A DNA stretch of 64,000 nt, taken from the NCBI GenBank assembly GCA_026770705.1, contig JANJGN010000001.1:122264001-122328000 (forward strand), in the 5' to 3' direction. The notes beneath the pieces are model-generated. The model saw nothing but the letters and a program-made list of their open reading frames with translations. It had not been told where the DNA came from and did not search any database. Source of the DNA: Isurus oxyrinchus. Lineage: Eukaryota. The position numbers and the translations under genes were made by a program. Shown in pieces: positions 24,722 through 37,862 of the stretch (positions within the stretch are counted from its first letter, which is position 1; each line of letters opens with the position of its first letter).

Positions 24722-26690
24722 TTTTATTCATTCATGGGATGTGGGCTGCACTGGCTGGACGAGCATTTAATGCCCATCCCTAGTTGCCCATGAGATGGTG
24801 GAGCTGAGCTGCCTTCTTGAACCATTGCAATCCATGTGGTGTAGGTACACACACAATGCTGTTGAAAGGGGGTTTCAGGATTTTGACTCAGTGACAGTGA
24901 AGGAACGGTGGTATATTTCCAAGTTAGGATGGTGAGTGACTTGGAGGAGAACTTCCATGTGGTGGTGTTCCCATCTACTGCTGCCCTTGTCCTTCTAAAT
25001 GGTAGTGATCATGGGCTTGGAAGGTGCTGTCGAAGGAGCCTTAATGAATTCCTGCAGTGCATCTTGTAGATGGTACACACTGCTGCTACTGTGCATCGGT
25101 GGTGGAGGGAGTGAACATTAGTGGATGTGGTGCCAATCAAGCGGACTGCTTTGCCCTGGACAGTGTCAAGCTTCTTGAGTGTTGTGGGAGCTGCACTCCA
25201 TCAGGCAAGTGGGGAATATCCCATCACACTCCTGACTTGTGCCTTGTAGATGGTGGACAGGCTTTGGGGAGTCAGGAGTTGAGTTATTAATCGCAGGATT
25301 CCTAGCCTCTGGCCTGCTCTTGTAGCCACCGTATTTACGTGGCTAGTCCAATTCAGTTTCTGGTAAACGATAACCCCCAGGATTCCGATAATGGGGGATT
25401 CAGTGATGGTAATGCCATTGAATGTCAGGGGGTGATAGTTAGGTTCTCTCTTGTTGGAGATGGTCATTACTTGGCACTTGTGTGGCATGAACCCAACTTG
25501 CCACTTGTCAGCCCAAGCCTGGATGTTGTCCAGGTCTTGCTGCATTTGGACATGGACTGCTTCAGTATCATTGTGCAATCATCAGCGAACAATGCCACCT
25601 CCGACCTTATGATGGAAGTAAGGTCATTGATGAAGCAGCTGATGATAGTTGGGCCGAGTACAATGTACTGAGGAACTCCAACAGTGATGTCCTGGAGCTG
25701 AGGACTGACTTCCAACAACCACAACTATCTTCCTTTGTGCTAGGTATGACTCCAACCAGTGGAGAGTTTTCCCACTGACTCCAGTTTTGCTAGAGTTCCT
25801 TGATGCCACACTCAGTCAAATGCGGCCTTGATGTCAAGGGCAGTCACTCTCACCACGGGAGTTCAGCTCTTTTGTTCATGTTGGAACCAAGGCTGTAATG
25901 AGGTCAGGAGCTGAGTGGTCCTGGCAGAACCCAAACTGGGCATCAGTGAGCAGGTTATTGCTAAGCAAGTGTCACTTGATAGCACTGTTGATTGACCCCT
26001 TCCATTATTTCACTGATGATCGAGAGTAGACTGATAGGGTGGTAGTTGGCCGGTTTGCATTCGTCCTGCTTTTTGTGTACAGGACATACCTGGACAATTT
26101 TCCACATAGCCGGGTAGGCGACACTGTTGTAGCTGTACTGGAACAGTTTGGCTATGGACGTAGCAGGTTCTGAAGCACAAGTCTTCAGTATTGTTGCTGA
26201 AATATTGTCAGGTCCCACAGTTTGCACTAACCAGTACCTTCAGCTATTTCTTGATATCACGTGGAGTGAATCGAATTGTCTGAAGTTTGACATCTGTGAT
26301 GCTGGGGACCTCAGGAGGAGGCTGAGATGAATCATCCACTCGGCACTTATGGCTGAAGATTGTAGCAAATGCTTCAGCCTTATCTATTGTACTGATTCAT
26401 TGGGCTCCCCGGTCATTGAGAATGGGGATATTTCTGCAGCCGCCTCCTTCAGTGAATTGTTTAATTGTCCACCACCATTCACAACTGGATGTAGCAAGGC
26501 TGCAGAGCTTGGGTCTGATCCATTTGTTGTGGGATTGCTTAGCTCTGTTTATCACTTGCTGCTTATGCTGTTTGGCACACAAGTATTCCTTGTGTTGTAG
26601 CTTCACCAGGTTGACAGCTCATTTTTAGGTATGCCTGGTGCTGCTCCTGGCATGCCCTCCTGCACCCTTCGTTGAACCAGGGTTGATCCA
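24722..26690 (-). mobile_element. LINE family B, about 2 kb decayed ORF2
   Basis: GPDNISATILKTCASE, ANYHPISLLS, GVPQ..VLGP, ALFADDC remnants across frameshifted ORFs. Confidence 0.9.
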
Positions 26691-26822
26691 CTGGCAGAAC
26701 GACAGCATTTCTTGTCAGCAGGAATTCAAGCTCAATATTCTGCCTAAAGGAGGCATCTTTATATATTTGAGTTATCTGATTCACATAGACTTGGGTTGGG
26801 AAAGCGAGATGATAAAACTTTA

Positions 26823-27472
26823 AGCCAGGATTTTACACTGGTCGGGCAGGCTCAGCGGGAGCGGACGCAGAGCTGACCGCTGCCCACAATTGGCTCCACA
26901 CCGCAATTTCACGCTGGCGGGCCAATTAAGGCCCGCCCAGCGTGAATCGCGAGTGGTAGCGCTGCGTGCTACTTGTGCAGGCAGGGGGAGGAGGGAGAGT
27001 TGGGTCCAGAGCGAAAGAGCACTTCAATCTCCCTGAAGCACGGAGCTCCCTCAGGGAGATTGAAGCGCTTTTTAAAAACAAAAATACATTAAAAACTTAA
27101 TGAAACATGTGACACAGTCACTTGCGGGAACAAGAGATGGGATACGTTTTTATTTTTCAAAGAAAGTTTTTATTTAATGTTTATTTGCTTTAGGAAGCCT
27201 CATCCCACTCCCACAAAGCTGCTTGGCCTTTTCGCCTGCCCACCAACCATTAGGTTGCACAGGCAGCGTAAATTTGAAATTAGTTAGTTCATTAATGGCC
27301 TTAATAGGCCTTTCAATTATCAGCAGGCATGTAGCTGACTCCGGCGCATGCCCGCCGAACAAAATGTGAGCAAGCACGATGACTTCAGTATGTACGCCCG
27401 ACGTCATCGCGCGTCATATTACATTCTGGCATGTCGGGTGCATGCCCGCAAGCCAAATGTAAAATTCTGCCC
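26823..27472. mobile_element. PIF/Harbinger-type MITE, family A-related
   Basis: TIR agccaggattttac / gtaaaattctgccc with the canonical TTA/TTA TSD. Confidence 0.85.
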
Positions 27473-28185
27473 TTAAAAATTAAAAATCTGAACCCAACCC
27501 ATCCACTTCTAGGTTTAACAGAGATGGGACAAGGGGCAGGTAGCCACAACCCACTTCTAGGAGGCTGATTGGCAATTTAAATAATTTAAGGAGGCTCACA
27601 GCTTCTAATTTAAGCAGTAGTGCTTCCTCCTGGCCTCCTATGCTCTCCATACAAAAGCTCCTGTGACTGAGGTTTGGAACGCCCTCTCCCATGCTCCCAA
27701 GCAGCAACTGCAGGTTTTGTCAGCCTTATCATCAATTGTCAGGATGGGAATCATCTCTGCTATCAAGAAAGATGCAATGTCTGGTAACTGCTTTAAATTG
27801 TAATTTAAAAAAAATAACAGGTTGCAGGCTTTAATGGGGAATCTGTCAAGGGAAAAAGCGCATGCTGAGAACCCTGACTTCTGGGTTTTTCATGCCAACA
27901 CCGCACCTATGTAACCCATTCCTGTCAATGTCAAAGTCACATTCACTGCAATACAGGCCATCTCTCAGCGGACAGGGCAGTCAGATAATGTTCTCAGGCC
28001 TCTGAATTGCCACTCAAGACAGAATATTATTACAGGTCTAGAAACAGTTTAACTGCCTACCCTTTCTACAATGGAATCGTTGTATTGGTGAAAAATCCAT
28101 CTTTTTCCCCTTTGTTCCTAAAAACTTCTTTCCCCTTCTCCAGTTTTTAATCTTACTTTATAACTGTATTTTATCATTGACTTGC

Positions 28186-28294
28186 CTGCACACTCGATCC
28201 CAGAAAATGGTTGTGGGTACAGTGTTTCTCGCCACCAGTCTGGTTCCTCCTTGCAGTCATTCTTCCCTTGCTGGTTCAAGTCTGAAGAGGGAAC
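28186..28294 (-). CDS. KIAA0232: KIAA0232 coding exon, 109 nt, VPSSDLNQQGKNDCKEEPDWWRETLYPQPFSGIECA; GC donor
   Basis: WW..LY..F...EC aligns with remembered human QTWWEKALYSPLFPASEC. Acceptor tggcag, donor CAG|GCAAGT, phase 0/1 fits both neighbours. Confidence 0.85.
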
Positions 28295-29601
28295 CTGCCA
28301 TGACAGGACAAATAAAATCGGTACAATGTTTTGAAATGTCATCATTCTTCATCGATATTGGAGCTCAGTACTTTGATTAGCCTTTACAAATTATTGCTTG
28401 TACGCAGTGTACAATGTTTTTGAGAAATTGTCATTGAAATGATAGAGAAAAATAAAAGGCAAATAAAACTTAAGTTACTGTATTGGTTCATTTCTCATTT
28501 CTCTGACTAATTTCTACCAAAATATTGCATATCAGTATTATGACTACCTTCACCCTGGGCATGTAATCAGCACAAGCCATATACTGTTTAATGTACTTTT
28601 GTTAATAGTTAATTCTACAACTCCTGCACCCTTGTTAAAGTGCCAACTGTAATCTGCCAATTAGGTAAATTACAATAAAGCTGGTTGACAACAGTTAGCA
28701 ATACAGGGAAGCAATTAGCATCTTTCTGACATGCTTCAGGCATTATTTCCATTCACCACTCATATTAATTTTACGCTTAACCACTAACTTCCTTTTATAG
28801 TCATCAATTATTGTATCTTATAGATATAATGTAGAAGGTAATGGTTCGTTATAGATAAGGCATTAATGCACCATCAGCAATGACTGAAATATAAATTAGA
28901 CTAACTCTACATTCTAGTGCAACTGCTAACATTGTGGAGCAGGTTCTAATGCAACTCGGCGTATATATAGTTATTTTTAAATTACAACTTACAGCCTTTT
29001 CTGAACATTGCACCTTTCTCAATAGCAGAGATGATTCCCATCCTGACAACAATACTGACTATGTTCAATCAGCCATTTTACAAATCATTATTTTGATATT
29101 ACAGTGTACAGATAATGGATTTGTGGATAGATAGTCTACAAGTGTGCTTTTACAGACATAACCCCAGTTCAATTGACAACATTTAGAATTACACTGCAGA
29201 GTGCTTCATAATCCAAACAGACAACATTGAAGAAATTTACATGCTGAATGTTTCACTTTACTGAAATCCTCATGGGAATGCTGCTCTATGATACCTTATG
29301 CCACATATATGCAACATTTCACAAAAGGGAAGCTACACATTCTTAAGGAAAAAATGATCTGTATTTAAAGAGATTGTTCAAAAGCGGGCAGCTACAAATC
29401 TCAGGTCTTGCAGTATCTCTTGCAAAGGTTTCTTGTAACACATTGAAACCTTACTCTTAAGAGGAAGACCACTGCAAACTTGACTCTTAACAGATTTGCT
29501 AACTGTCCAAACCAGAGGATGTCAGCACTGCAGCTATATGTGAGTTGCAATGCAACAACTTTTATCTGGAAACAGATATGAGGCTGAAAGGCAAGAACAT
29601 T

Positions 29602-30195
29602 GAGCCAGATTTTGCTGTCGCAGGCATCTAACATTAGTTAGACATATCCTTCAGCTCAAAAACAGTGTTGCCCACATAGTGACCGGGGCAACCAGCAGGA
29701 TATCTCTGTAAACAACGAGACTTAATTGAAAAGAAGGGTGAATCAAAATAGTTCATCCGATGTGTAATCAGGTACAGAAAAAGAGGGAATGAAAGACTGG
29801 GTTAAGAAATAGAGAAAAAGACAAAATAAAAAGAAGAAAAAAACTGAAAAATTCAAAACCTGATGGAACAAGGCTCTACACTTCAGTAACGGGGTTGATT
29901 CCCTGAAGGGTACTTGCACCAATTACTAACTTAAAATATCTGCGACAGGCTTAGTTTGTATCTATCATACAAAAACAGCAATTTCATGACATTCAATGCA
30001 CATCAATGGTGAAACAGGCAGGGAAATCCCATTTTCGCATAGCTAATGGTGGAGGGGTGCAACTCGGACAGCAACTTTTAGATTTTTGCATTTAACCATG
30101 TATCTGACTCTCAACTGAAGTTGCTGTAACATTTATGTATGAATAAAGGCAAGCGTCATGAGCCTCACCGTTATTTTGACAGCAGATTCTGGCTC
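29602..30195. mobile_element. Harbinger-type MITE, family B
   Basis: 18-bp TIR gagccagattttgctgtc / gacagcagattctggctc (2 mismatches), TSD ATT/ATT. Confidence 0.8.
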
Positions 30196-33100
30196 ATTGT
30201 ATTGACCGCTCTTTCCTTGAACGCTGACTGCAGGCTGCCAATCTTCTTGGAAAATTGCCTAAATATAAGTGAAGCAAAGTGACTGGCTTGAAATTTGAGC
30301 AGTTAGTATAAATTGTAATTCCAGAATTGATGTTGGAATCCAGATTAGATGCTCTTAGCTGTAGCAATAATAAGGTTGATATAATTAATCTCACATTCTG
30401 AGTTTGGGTGAGAAGAAAAATTGGCTGAGATTCCAGCTCCTTATTACTGAGTGACTTTGTTGTCACTTGCTTGACAGTTATAACCCTTGCAGTTGAGTGG
30501 CTTGCAAGTACAGGCCATCAGAGCTCACACATGAATGATCACTAGACTAAGGTATGAGGGTCAACACCTTCAATTGAGGCGCAGAGAGTACAAATATGGA
30601 GGAAAAGAATCTCAAATATTTCATTAGGAACATTGCAGCAAGAAAAGATTGAACATTTCTATATGAAAATGTATGTAGCTTAATTTCAATTTAGCTTTAG
30701 GAAATGTCGTAGACAATTCAAAACCAATGATTTCTTAGGCCAATGTTTCAAGCTTGGTCAACAACAGCAAATCACAAGTTTTTCCACTTTTGTTTTAACT
30801 AATTCAAAATTAATTAAACCTTTCCAAAAGCAATCACTATTACCATAGCAATAAAACATTCTTCCATAGACACGTGAAAGGTATCTAATAGAGTTGGAAA
30901 AATGTGGCCCTCCAATTGGTATAGAAAGCCTTATTAGTATAATCAAGATTCATTTGGCTTGTGACCCCAAAATCATCACTACCTCAAATATACAGAACTT
31001 CTCCTACACTCTGGGGATTTTAAAACTCTAAGCAAATTTAGGAACCTACCTTTACAGGGCAATTAATGTACCTGGAGCAATTCAGTAAAGTGACAAGATC
31101 ATTCTGTTTCTGTGAAACAATTGAAGCTTTCTGATAGTTTATTGGGGCAATTAAAATTTTAAAAACCAGGAAGATTTATGGGTCGTTCCCAATTTTATTC
31201 TGAGCTAACTGATTTTGGCTAGTTTAGCAATGGGGTCGATGCTTTGAGTCCCCAGTCCTGGGAAGTTGAAATAGAGCAAACAATATAACTGAGGTTCCTG
31301 TTCTTAATTGCCTTCCAGTGGCATCTACTAGAAAATGTATAGATGCATGCAAAGTAAGGGAGTATCAGATTGATGCAGACTTAACATCATGCACCAGTGG
31401 CACCAGATTCAGTAGAAGTGAGAGATCATGTGTGAGAGTGAGTGTAAAATAAGAGACTCAACTAAACTTGTTTCCACTTGTTCTTAGAAGGAAATTTATA
31501 CAGATGTGATCCAGGCCTTTAAAATGTTGAGAGGCATAAAGAACATAGTTAAAGTTATTTAATTTACTTATATCTATGTACAGTAATCAGAAAATGAGGA
31601 TAAAATTTACAAACACAGATGGTTGCTTATCTAGTAATATTAAATGAGGCGAATAAAGATCTGGCCTGACAATAAGCCTATAAAGTTCATGCCTGACCTT
31701 CAGATAAGGGAACCTGTTATTTCTTCCCATTCTAACCTACATTTAACTTCAGTCTTATACTACACAGTTCACTTCAAGTATCACAAACTTAGTGGCTTAA
31801 AGAAAGACATTTACTCGATGGCAGTCCACCATCTTAGTGTAATAAACAATGGGTAATAAATGCAGCCGTATTGGCATTGCTCATATCTCAAGAATTCTTT
31901 CACAATTGCTTTCCAATAATACAGTGGAGACAAGTCAGTACAGACAGAAGGGATCTATTTAGGTTCTGGCAGAAAATCCCAAGAATGTTAAAACTTTGGT
32001 ATCAATCAACTAACAACATTTTGTTTCTGTAATTGTATTTAAAAGCAAATTTTTGTCATTATTTGACAAAATTCAATGATACCACAAAATTCCAACAATT
32101 AATAGCTTACATAGTCAAATGTATATAGTGCATACAAAAAATATTTATATTGCAGGTTATTTTACGCATCTTTACAAACCTTTTTATTCTAGAATATTTT
32201 GTTCCTCATATCCTTGAGTGGGTTCCAATTCCTCATACCTTTAAGAACGGCATTGTCTTGAGATCCAAGTAAGCTTTTGATAATGCACCAGGAAATTGAA
32301 AGAGCTAACACTTTTTGGTAATTGTTATGAGGTGCTATTTTCCCCCCACTATCTGACTTCAATCTCCAAAAGCTGTAGACCATCAAATCAGAACTTAACT
32401 TAAATACAAGGTGTCAAGCAAATTTACTGTACAATGAATGTGAAAAATATAAGTGGTATAAGAGTTATATATTTATATATTTACAGCAGAAAGTTTATTT
32501 TCCTCTAACTTGGAAAGTCATGATTTAAAACAAAACTATTATTATATGGGTAAGTTTATAAATCTGCAATCTTTTCTGACTATGGGTGTTAGCCTGTCGA
32601 CGTTTTTCTGTGAAGCTTTAATCAGTTTGCCTTCTGATCATTAAACTCCATGGACAGATTACTGGTAGCTTGTTTGGAATTTTCATAATTGATAGTTGTA
32701 TTTAACATAATTGGCTGTCATGTAAATGAACAAATCACTGTTTGTATTTGATCAAAGTTAGCTCAGTTCCTCCCTCCAGCTTAAAGTTTAAAAGGCATTT
32801 TGAAAGAAATTTGAAACAAATGCATTGATTATTAGAGGGATCTAAACTACAGACATTTTTAAAACTACTTTTCTGCAGTAATCTAATTCATTGGAACAAC
32901 CAGTAACTAAAGCTGGGTAAAATACATTTTTTTTGTATTTATTATATATTTGTTGTTTTTCTTAAAGAAAAATGTTATATTTTTTGGTCCTTACTATAAA
33001 AACACATACCCTAAGTAGACAGACAAGTGGCTGGCCATTTACTACCACAGAGTTAATTCGTGCCAAAGTAAGATGTACAGATTTATTCACGGACTGTGAA

Positions 33101-33538
33101 GGGAACAAACTATTTATCCACTGTATTTATATTCTTCTGCGTTGGATAAGGCAGCCACCATTTTCCAGGAACTAATTTTAAAAAGTTACTTCACTACTTA
33201 AGCAGAACTCCTGTTTTTATTCCCTCCTCAGTGAAAATGTGCACCCTCTCCTTAATTTTACAATCTGTTACCCTTTTGCAATAGAGTAACCTTTGACTTG
33301 CTGTGATCAATTCAACAAGAGAACAACTGCTTTTTTAAACAATGATTGTGCAATCTTGATTCATTGAGTATTAAAAGGTAGCCTAGTTAACATGATCAAT
33401 GGAATAATTATTAACAATAACTGGTTGAAATATTCTTTCATTATAACCTCTCTATAATAAATGAAGTAGCAAAAATCAGTTTATTGCAAGTGTTGGTAAA
33501 CTATTTTCTGCAATGTACAGAGGAACAGTGGTACTCAC

Positions 33539-36500
33539 TTCTTGTAGCGACGCTGCTCTAACACCAGTTCCCTCACTGAATCCAGAAAAGCTCCTGTTTG
33601 TTGTACGATTCTGGAATGCTTCCAATTTATCACATGGTACCTTCAACTTGAAATCTATTTCACAACTATTCACACTGGTGCATCCCATTGATGCCTGTAA
33701 ATTACATTCTGGGCACTGCTGTTCTGTCTGTAGAAGACCGCCAGATCCTTCATGAGAATCCAGTGAAGTCTGAGCACTCTTTTCCATTCCAGCTTTTTTT
33801 AATCGAGGCAGGAATTTTCCTGATTCCAGCTCCGACTTTCCATAATAATGTCCTTCTCGCTCAGCATCTTCTTCCAATGGCTTTAGGTCTGCCTGTTGAT
33901 CCTCAAACAAATCTGTCTGGCAGAGTACAGGTATAGTAACATCTTCCTTTTCAGACTCAAATTCTGACTCACTTCCTCCGCCTGGTGAAAGCTCAGAGGC
34001 AGATATAGGTCGGAAATGAGTCCGCGGTGAGATACGAATAGCCCTATACTGTGTTTTGTCAATACTATATATTTTAGGATGAAATGTTTCATTTTCTGAG
34101 TCTGAACACAGTATAGATTTGGGCTTAAAGCTTGGACTGAATGTTGCAAGCCTCTCAGGTTCAAATGAACATTCCACATGAAGAACTTGTGAAAAGGGAT
34201 TGTTCAGGTCAAAGGAGGAAAATGAATACTCAACACCAGGTTCTTGACTCTGATAATTACTGCAATTCCCTAATAAATCTTCATGGAAGATGAAAGAGAA
34301 CTCAGTATTTAACCTATCATCTCCTTTTCTCGTCTGGTCACATGGTGTGAATGAAGCACAAGATCTCCACAATGGTCTATGGCCAGGAGCAAAATTGCTG
34401 CCTGGAGTCATGAAGACATCGGTACCTGCTATGGTCACAACATCTGAAGCTGCACACTGCAATAAAGTACTTTTTGCAGGGTCAGGGGGAACTACTCCCC
34501 AGTCTCCACAACTATCGAATGTTTTCAGTTCTCCATAGACACCACCAAGAATGAAAGCACTTTCTTTGTCAGCACCAATATCCCAAGGTTTAGAAGGTGC
34601 AGTGTAATCACCTACATCTAGCTCCGTAAGTTCCCCAGTTGCAACAGCTTGGGCCTCCAAGTTTTCCTTCTGGCACTCCCACAAGTGATATTCAGACCTC
34701 TGCACTGCCTTTTCAAGAGGCTCTTGCAGGATGTCCTGTTTTGTTGCCATATCCAAACAACAGCAATGGCAACCATTCACCTCACCAGGAAAGAAATCCT
34801 CTTCTGATCGTTCTACATCTAGTGTTGTTACAGCATCATTTTCTGCTATGGCTGTCCAAATGTCTTTTATAACTTCTGAGCCATAACTATCCCCATGACT
34901 GGCCATCTGTTCTGCAAAAATTTCCACGGTTTCATATTCCTTATTTTCTTCTTCTTCCAATTGAATTCCACACACCGACTCCAGCTTAGATTTCTGTTTG
35001 AAAGTCATGCTTGTTATATTTCGTAAAGCTCCATCTGCTTGTGAATGAGTGTCCTCATGCAATAAATCTAAAAGGTCTTCATCGAGAAGGCTGGACGAAA
35101 TGCCAGGGACTATACAATCAATCTCATCTGCATTAAATTTAGTGGACTCCTCCATTTGAATACCAAAAGAGGTTTCATTATCTGAACGTGTTTCTTCAGA
35201 ATGTGACCATGGACTGCAGGTTCGTGTTGAAAGATTTGAGCAGTGGTCATTTTCATCAAAGGCACTATTTTTGGTCCATATAAGCAAACGAGACTGTGAT
35301 TTCCCTGGCAAATCTGCCCAGCCTCCAATATCACTATTCTGATTTCCCAGGCTAAGTCCATCAAAGCAGAATGGTGAAGTAGAGTTATCATATTGCACTT
35401 CAAACAGAGAAAAACAAGTGGAGTTTAAACCAGACCCTTCATTTGCTTCTGAAAAGTGTTCTTCTTGATTGCCAGTACTGCTACTTGCATCACACACTGT
35501 ATTATCCACAATAGGAGAAAGTGTAATGGGGGAATCCCCAGCAAAGCTTTCCCCTTCTGCTTCATCAGAGCTAGAGCACTCCCAAAATTGAGCTATATTT
35601 GCAAGATCATTTAAGAACAATCCTTCTGCATCAAGAGAAGCTTGTGAATCTGTCCATATTGCACTTTCCCTCGTCAACTGTAGTCCATCTAACACTATAC
35701 AACAGTCTGCCTCAAAATCAGTTTGCTCTATACTTTTCCGTCGAATCATGCTTAAAATTCGACTCTCTCCTTGCAATGAATTTGAGGCACGAGGATCCAA
35801 TATGGATTGATGAATATCCACTTCATAGAAGTGAGTAAATTCAGATAGATGCATATCATCTAAAATATCACTGTCCTTGGGATTAGAACAGCTTGAGGTC
35901 CCAGTGAGGTCATTAGCCTCATCTAATAATGCAGGCATTTCAACAAAGTGACCATCAACGAAAGCACCTGCTGCGAGGTATGTTTGGAAATTATTGTTAC
36001 TAATACAAAGACCCTGCATCGTCTCCGAAAGCTCTTCCAAAGTCAAAGATTCACTATCATTAGCAGCTACACTATTCCGGTATGCAGTTTCTAGTTTACT
36101 TTTTCTACTTGGAGGGAACCAGTACTCTGCTATTGGTTCAGTGTACCACAATGGTTCTTCTTTGAATTCTTGTTCTCTTCCACTTTCATTGCTAAGATCT
36201 TTTGTACCACTGTTGCCATTTGTTTTCCTTCTTGTTTCTTTCATAAACCTTTTTCCTTTTTTGCACAGCTGTTTGGTAGGTCCACTGCTGCTGCTCCCAC
36301 AGGTGCTTTTTCGATCATCTTTGTCGACAGACTTCAAAGATAGCCTAACTTGTCCATTTCGCCCCTTTTTGTTCCGAGCAGTTTCTCTCATCTTATGTCT
36401 GATTTTGACAGCTTTGGTGGGAACTTTTAACTCATACTGGTTCCCACTTGAGCTTGAACCTGCTTCACTGGAGCCAGAGGACCATGAACGAGGGCGCATC

Positions 36501-36830
36501 TTTCCTTCTGACCTGTGTCTGATCTGCTTCTTTCCTGTAGTGGGTTTCTGTTCTGGCAAGCTGTTATTATGCCTATTTTCTTTCTCTTTTTTACTTCTTC
36601 TGAACATACGACTACTGCCTGTAGTGATGGACGCCTCATTTGTTCGGTCTCTAGTACCTTCACCTTCACTGTTGCAATCTTTTGGAGAGGATGTATCAGT
36701 GCTTGTTTGTGGAGCAGCAGATGAAGAAGAACCACCAGAAAATGAACAAGCTTTGGTCTTATTCCACACGGTCATGATTTCTTGCAGACAGATCGGCTTC
36801 TCAGAAAGAGGTGGAAATGCTTCATAATAC
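33539..36830 (-). CDS. KIAA0232: KIAA0232 giant internal coding exon, 3292 nt (acidic, Ser-rich; recalled as DUF4603 family)
   Basis: Lies within ORF 33476..36847. Motifs YYEAFPPLSEKP, RPRSWSSGSSEAGSSSSGNQ, EEPLWYTEPIAEY, SRLLIWTKNSAF, QYRAIRISPRTHFRPISASELSPGGGSESEFESEK are recognisable KIAA0232. Acceptor tttttag, donor GTGAGT, phase 2/0. Confidence 0.97.
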
Positions 36831-36904
36831 CTAAAAATAAAATGCAAATGAGTTTAATGATCCAGATGGCAATATATACATTTTTAATTATTGAGAGTCA
36901 TCTT

Positions 36905-37862
36905 TTACATAAGAAATAGGAGTAGGCCATTCAGCCCATCAAGCTCTCTCCACCACTCAAAGAGGTTATGGCTGATCTTCAACTTAACACCATTTTCCTG
37001 CACTATTCCCATATCCCTTGATGTTTTTAATATGAAGAATCTATTGATCTCAATCTTGAACATACTCAATGACTGAGCCACCACAGCTCTCTGGGACAGG
37101 GCATTCCAAAGATTCACCATTCTCTGAGTGAAGAAATTCCTCCTCACCTCATTCCTAAATGGCCTGCCCTTTATGCTGAGACTGTGTCCCATGGTTTCAG
37201 ACACCCCAGCCAGGGGACATATCCTTCCTGCATCTACCCTGTCCAGCCTTGTAAGAACTTTGTATGCTTGAATGAGATCACCTCTCATTCTTCTAAGCTC
37301 CAGAGACTAAAGGCCCAGTCTATTTAATCTTTCCTCATAGAAGACTCTGCCAATCCCAGGAATTATTTTGGTGAACCTTTGTTGCCCTCCCTCTATGTCA
37401 AGTATATATTTCCTTAGGTAAGGAGACCAAAACTGCACACAATACTCCAGCTGCAGTTTCACCAAGGCTCTATATAATTGCAGTAAGACATCTTTACTCT
37501 TACACTCAAATCCTCTTGGAATAAAGGCCAACATACTATTTGCCTTCTTAATTACTTGCTGTACCTGTATGTTAGCTTTCAGTGACTCACAAACAAGGAC
37601 ACCCGAGTCCTTTTGAAGTTCACATTCCCCAGCCTCTCACCATTTAAGAAATACTGTGTATTTCTGTTTTTCCTAGCTAAGTAGATAACTTCACATTTCT
37701 CCACATTATATTCCATCTGCCAAATTTTTGCCCACTCAGTCTCTCCAAAGCTCCTTGAAACACTTTTGCACTCTCCGCACAACTGATACTTCCACCTAGT
37801 TTTGTGTCACCTGCCAACTTGGAAATATTACATTTAATGTCCACATCCAAATCATTGTTATA
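36905..37862 (-). mobile_element. CR1 LINE 3' fragment
   Basis: ORFs 36905-37288 and 37307-37534 (LEYCVQFWSPYLRK, RNFFTQRMVNLWNAL). Confidence 0.9.

Noticed and set aside
35994-36827. 277-aa plus-strand ORF
   Set aside because: Antisense shadow of the Lys/Arg/Ser-rich part of the KIAA0232 exon; Leu/Phe-rich low-complexity product with no independent gene signals.
33476-36847. 1123-aa ORF as a single-exon gene
   Set aside because: MHFIFR and the last 20 residues are intronic read-through; splice sites at 36830 and 33539 join neighbouring exons in phase.
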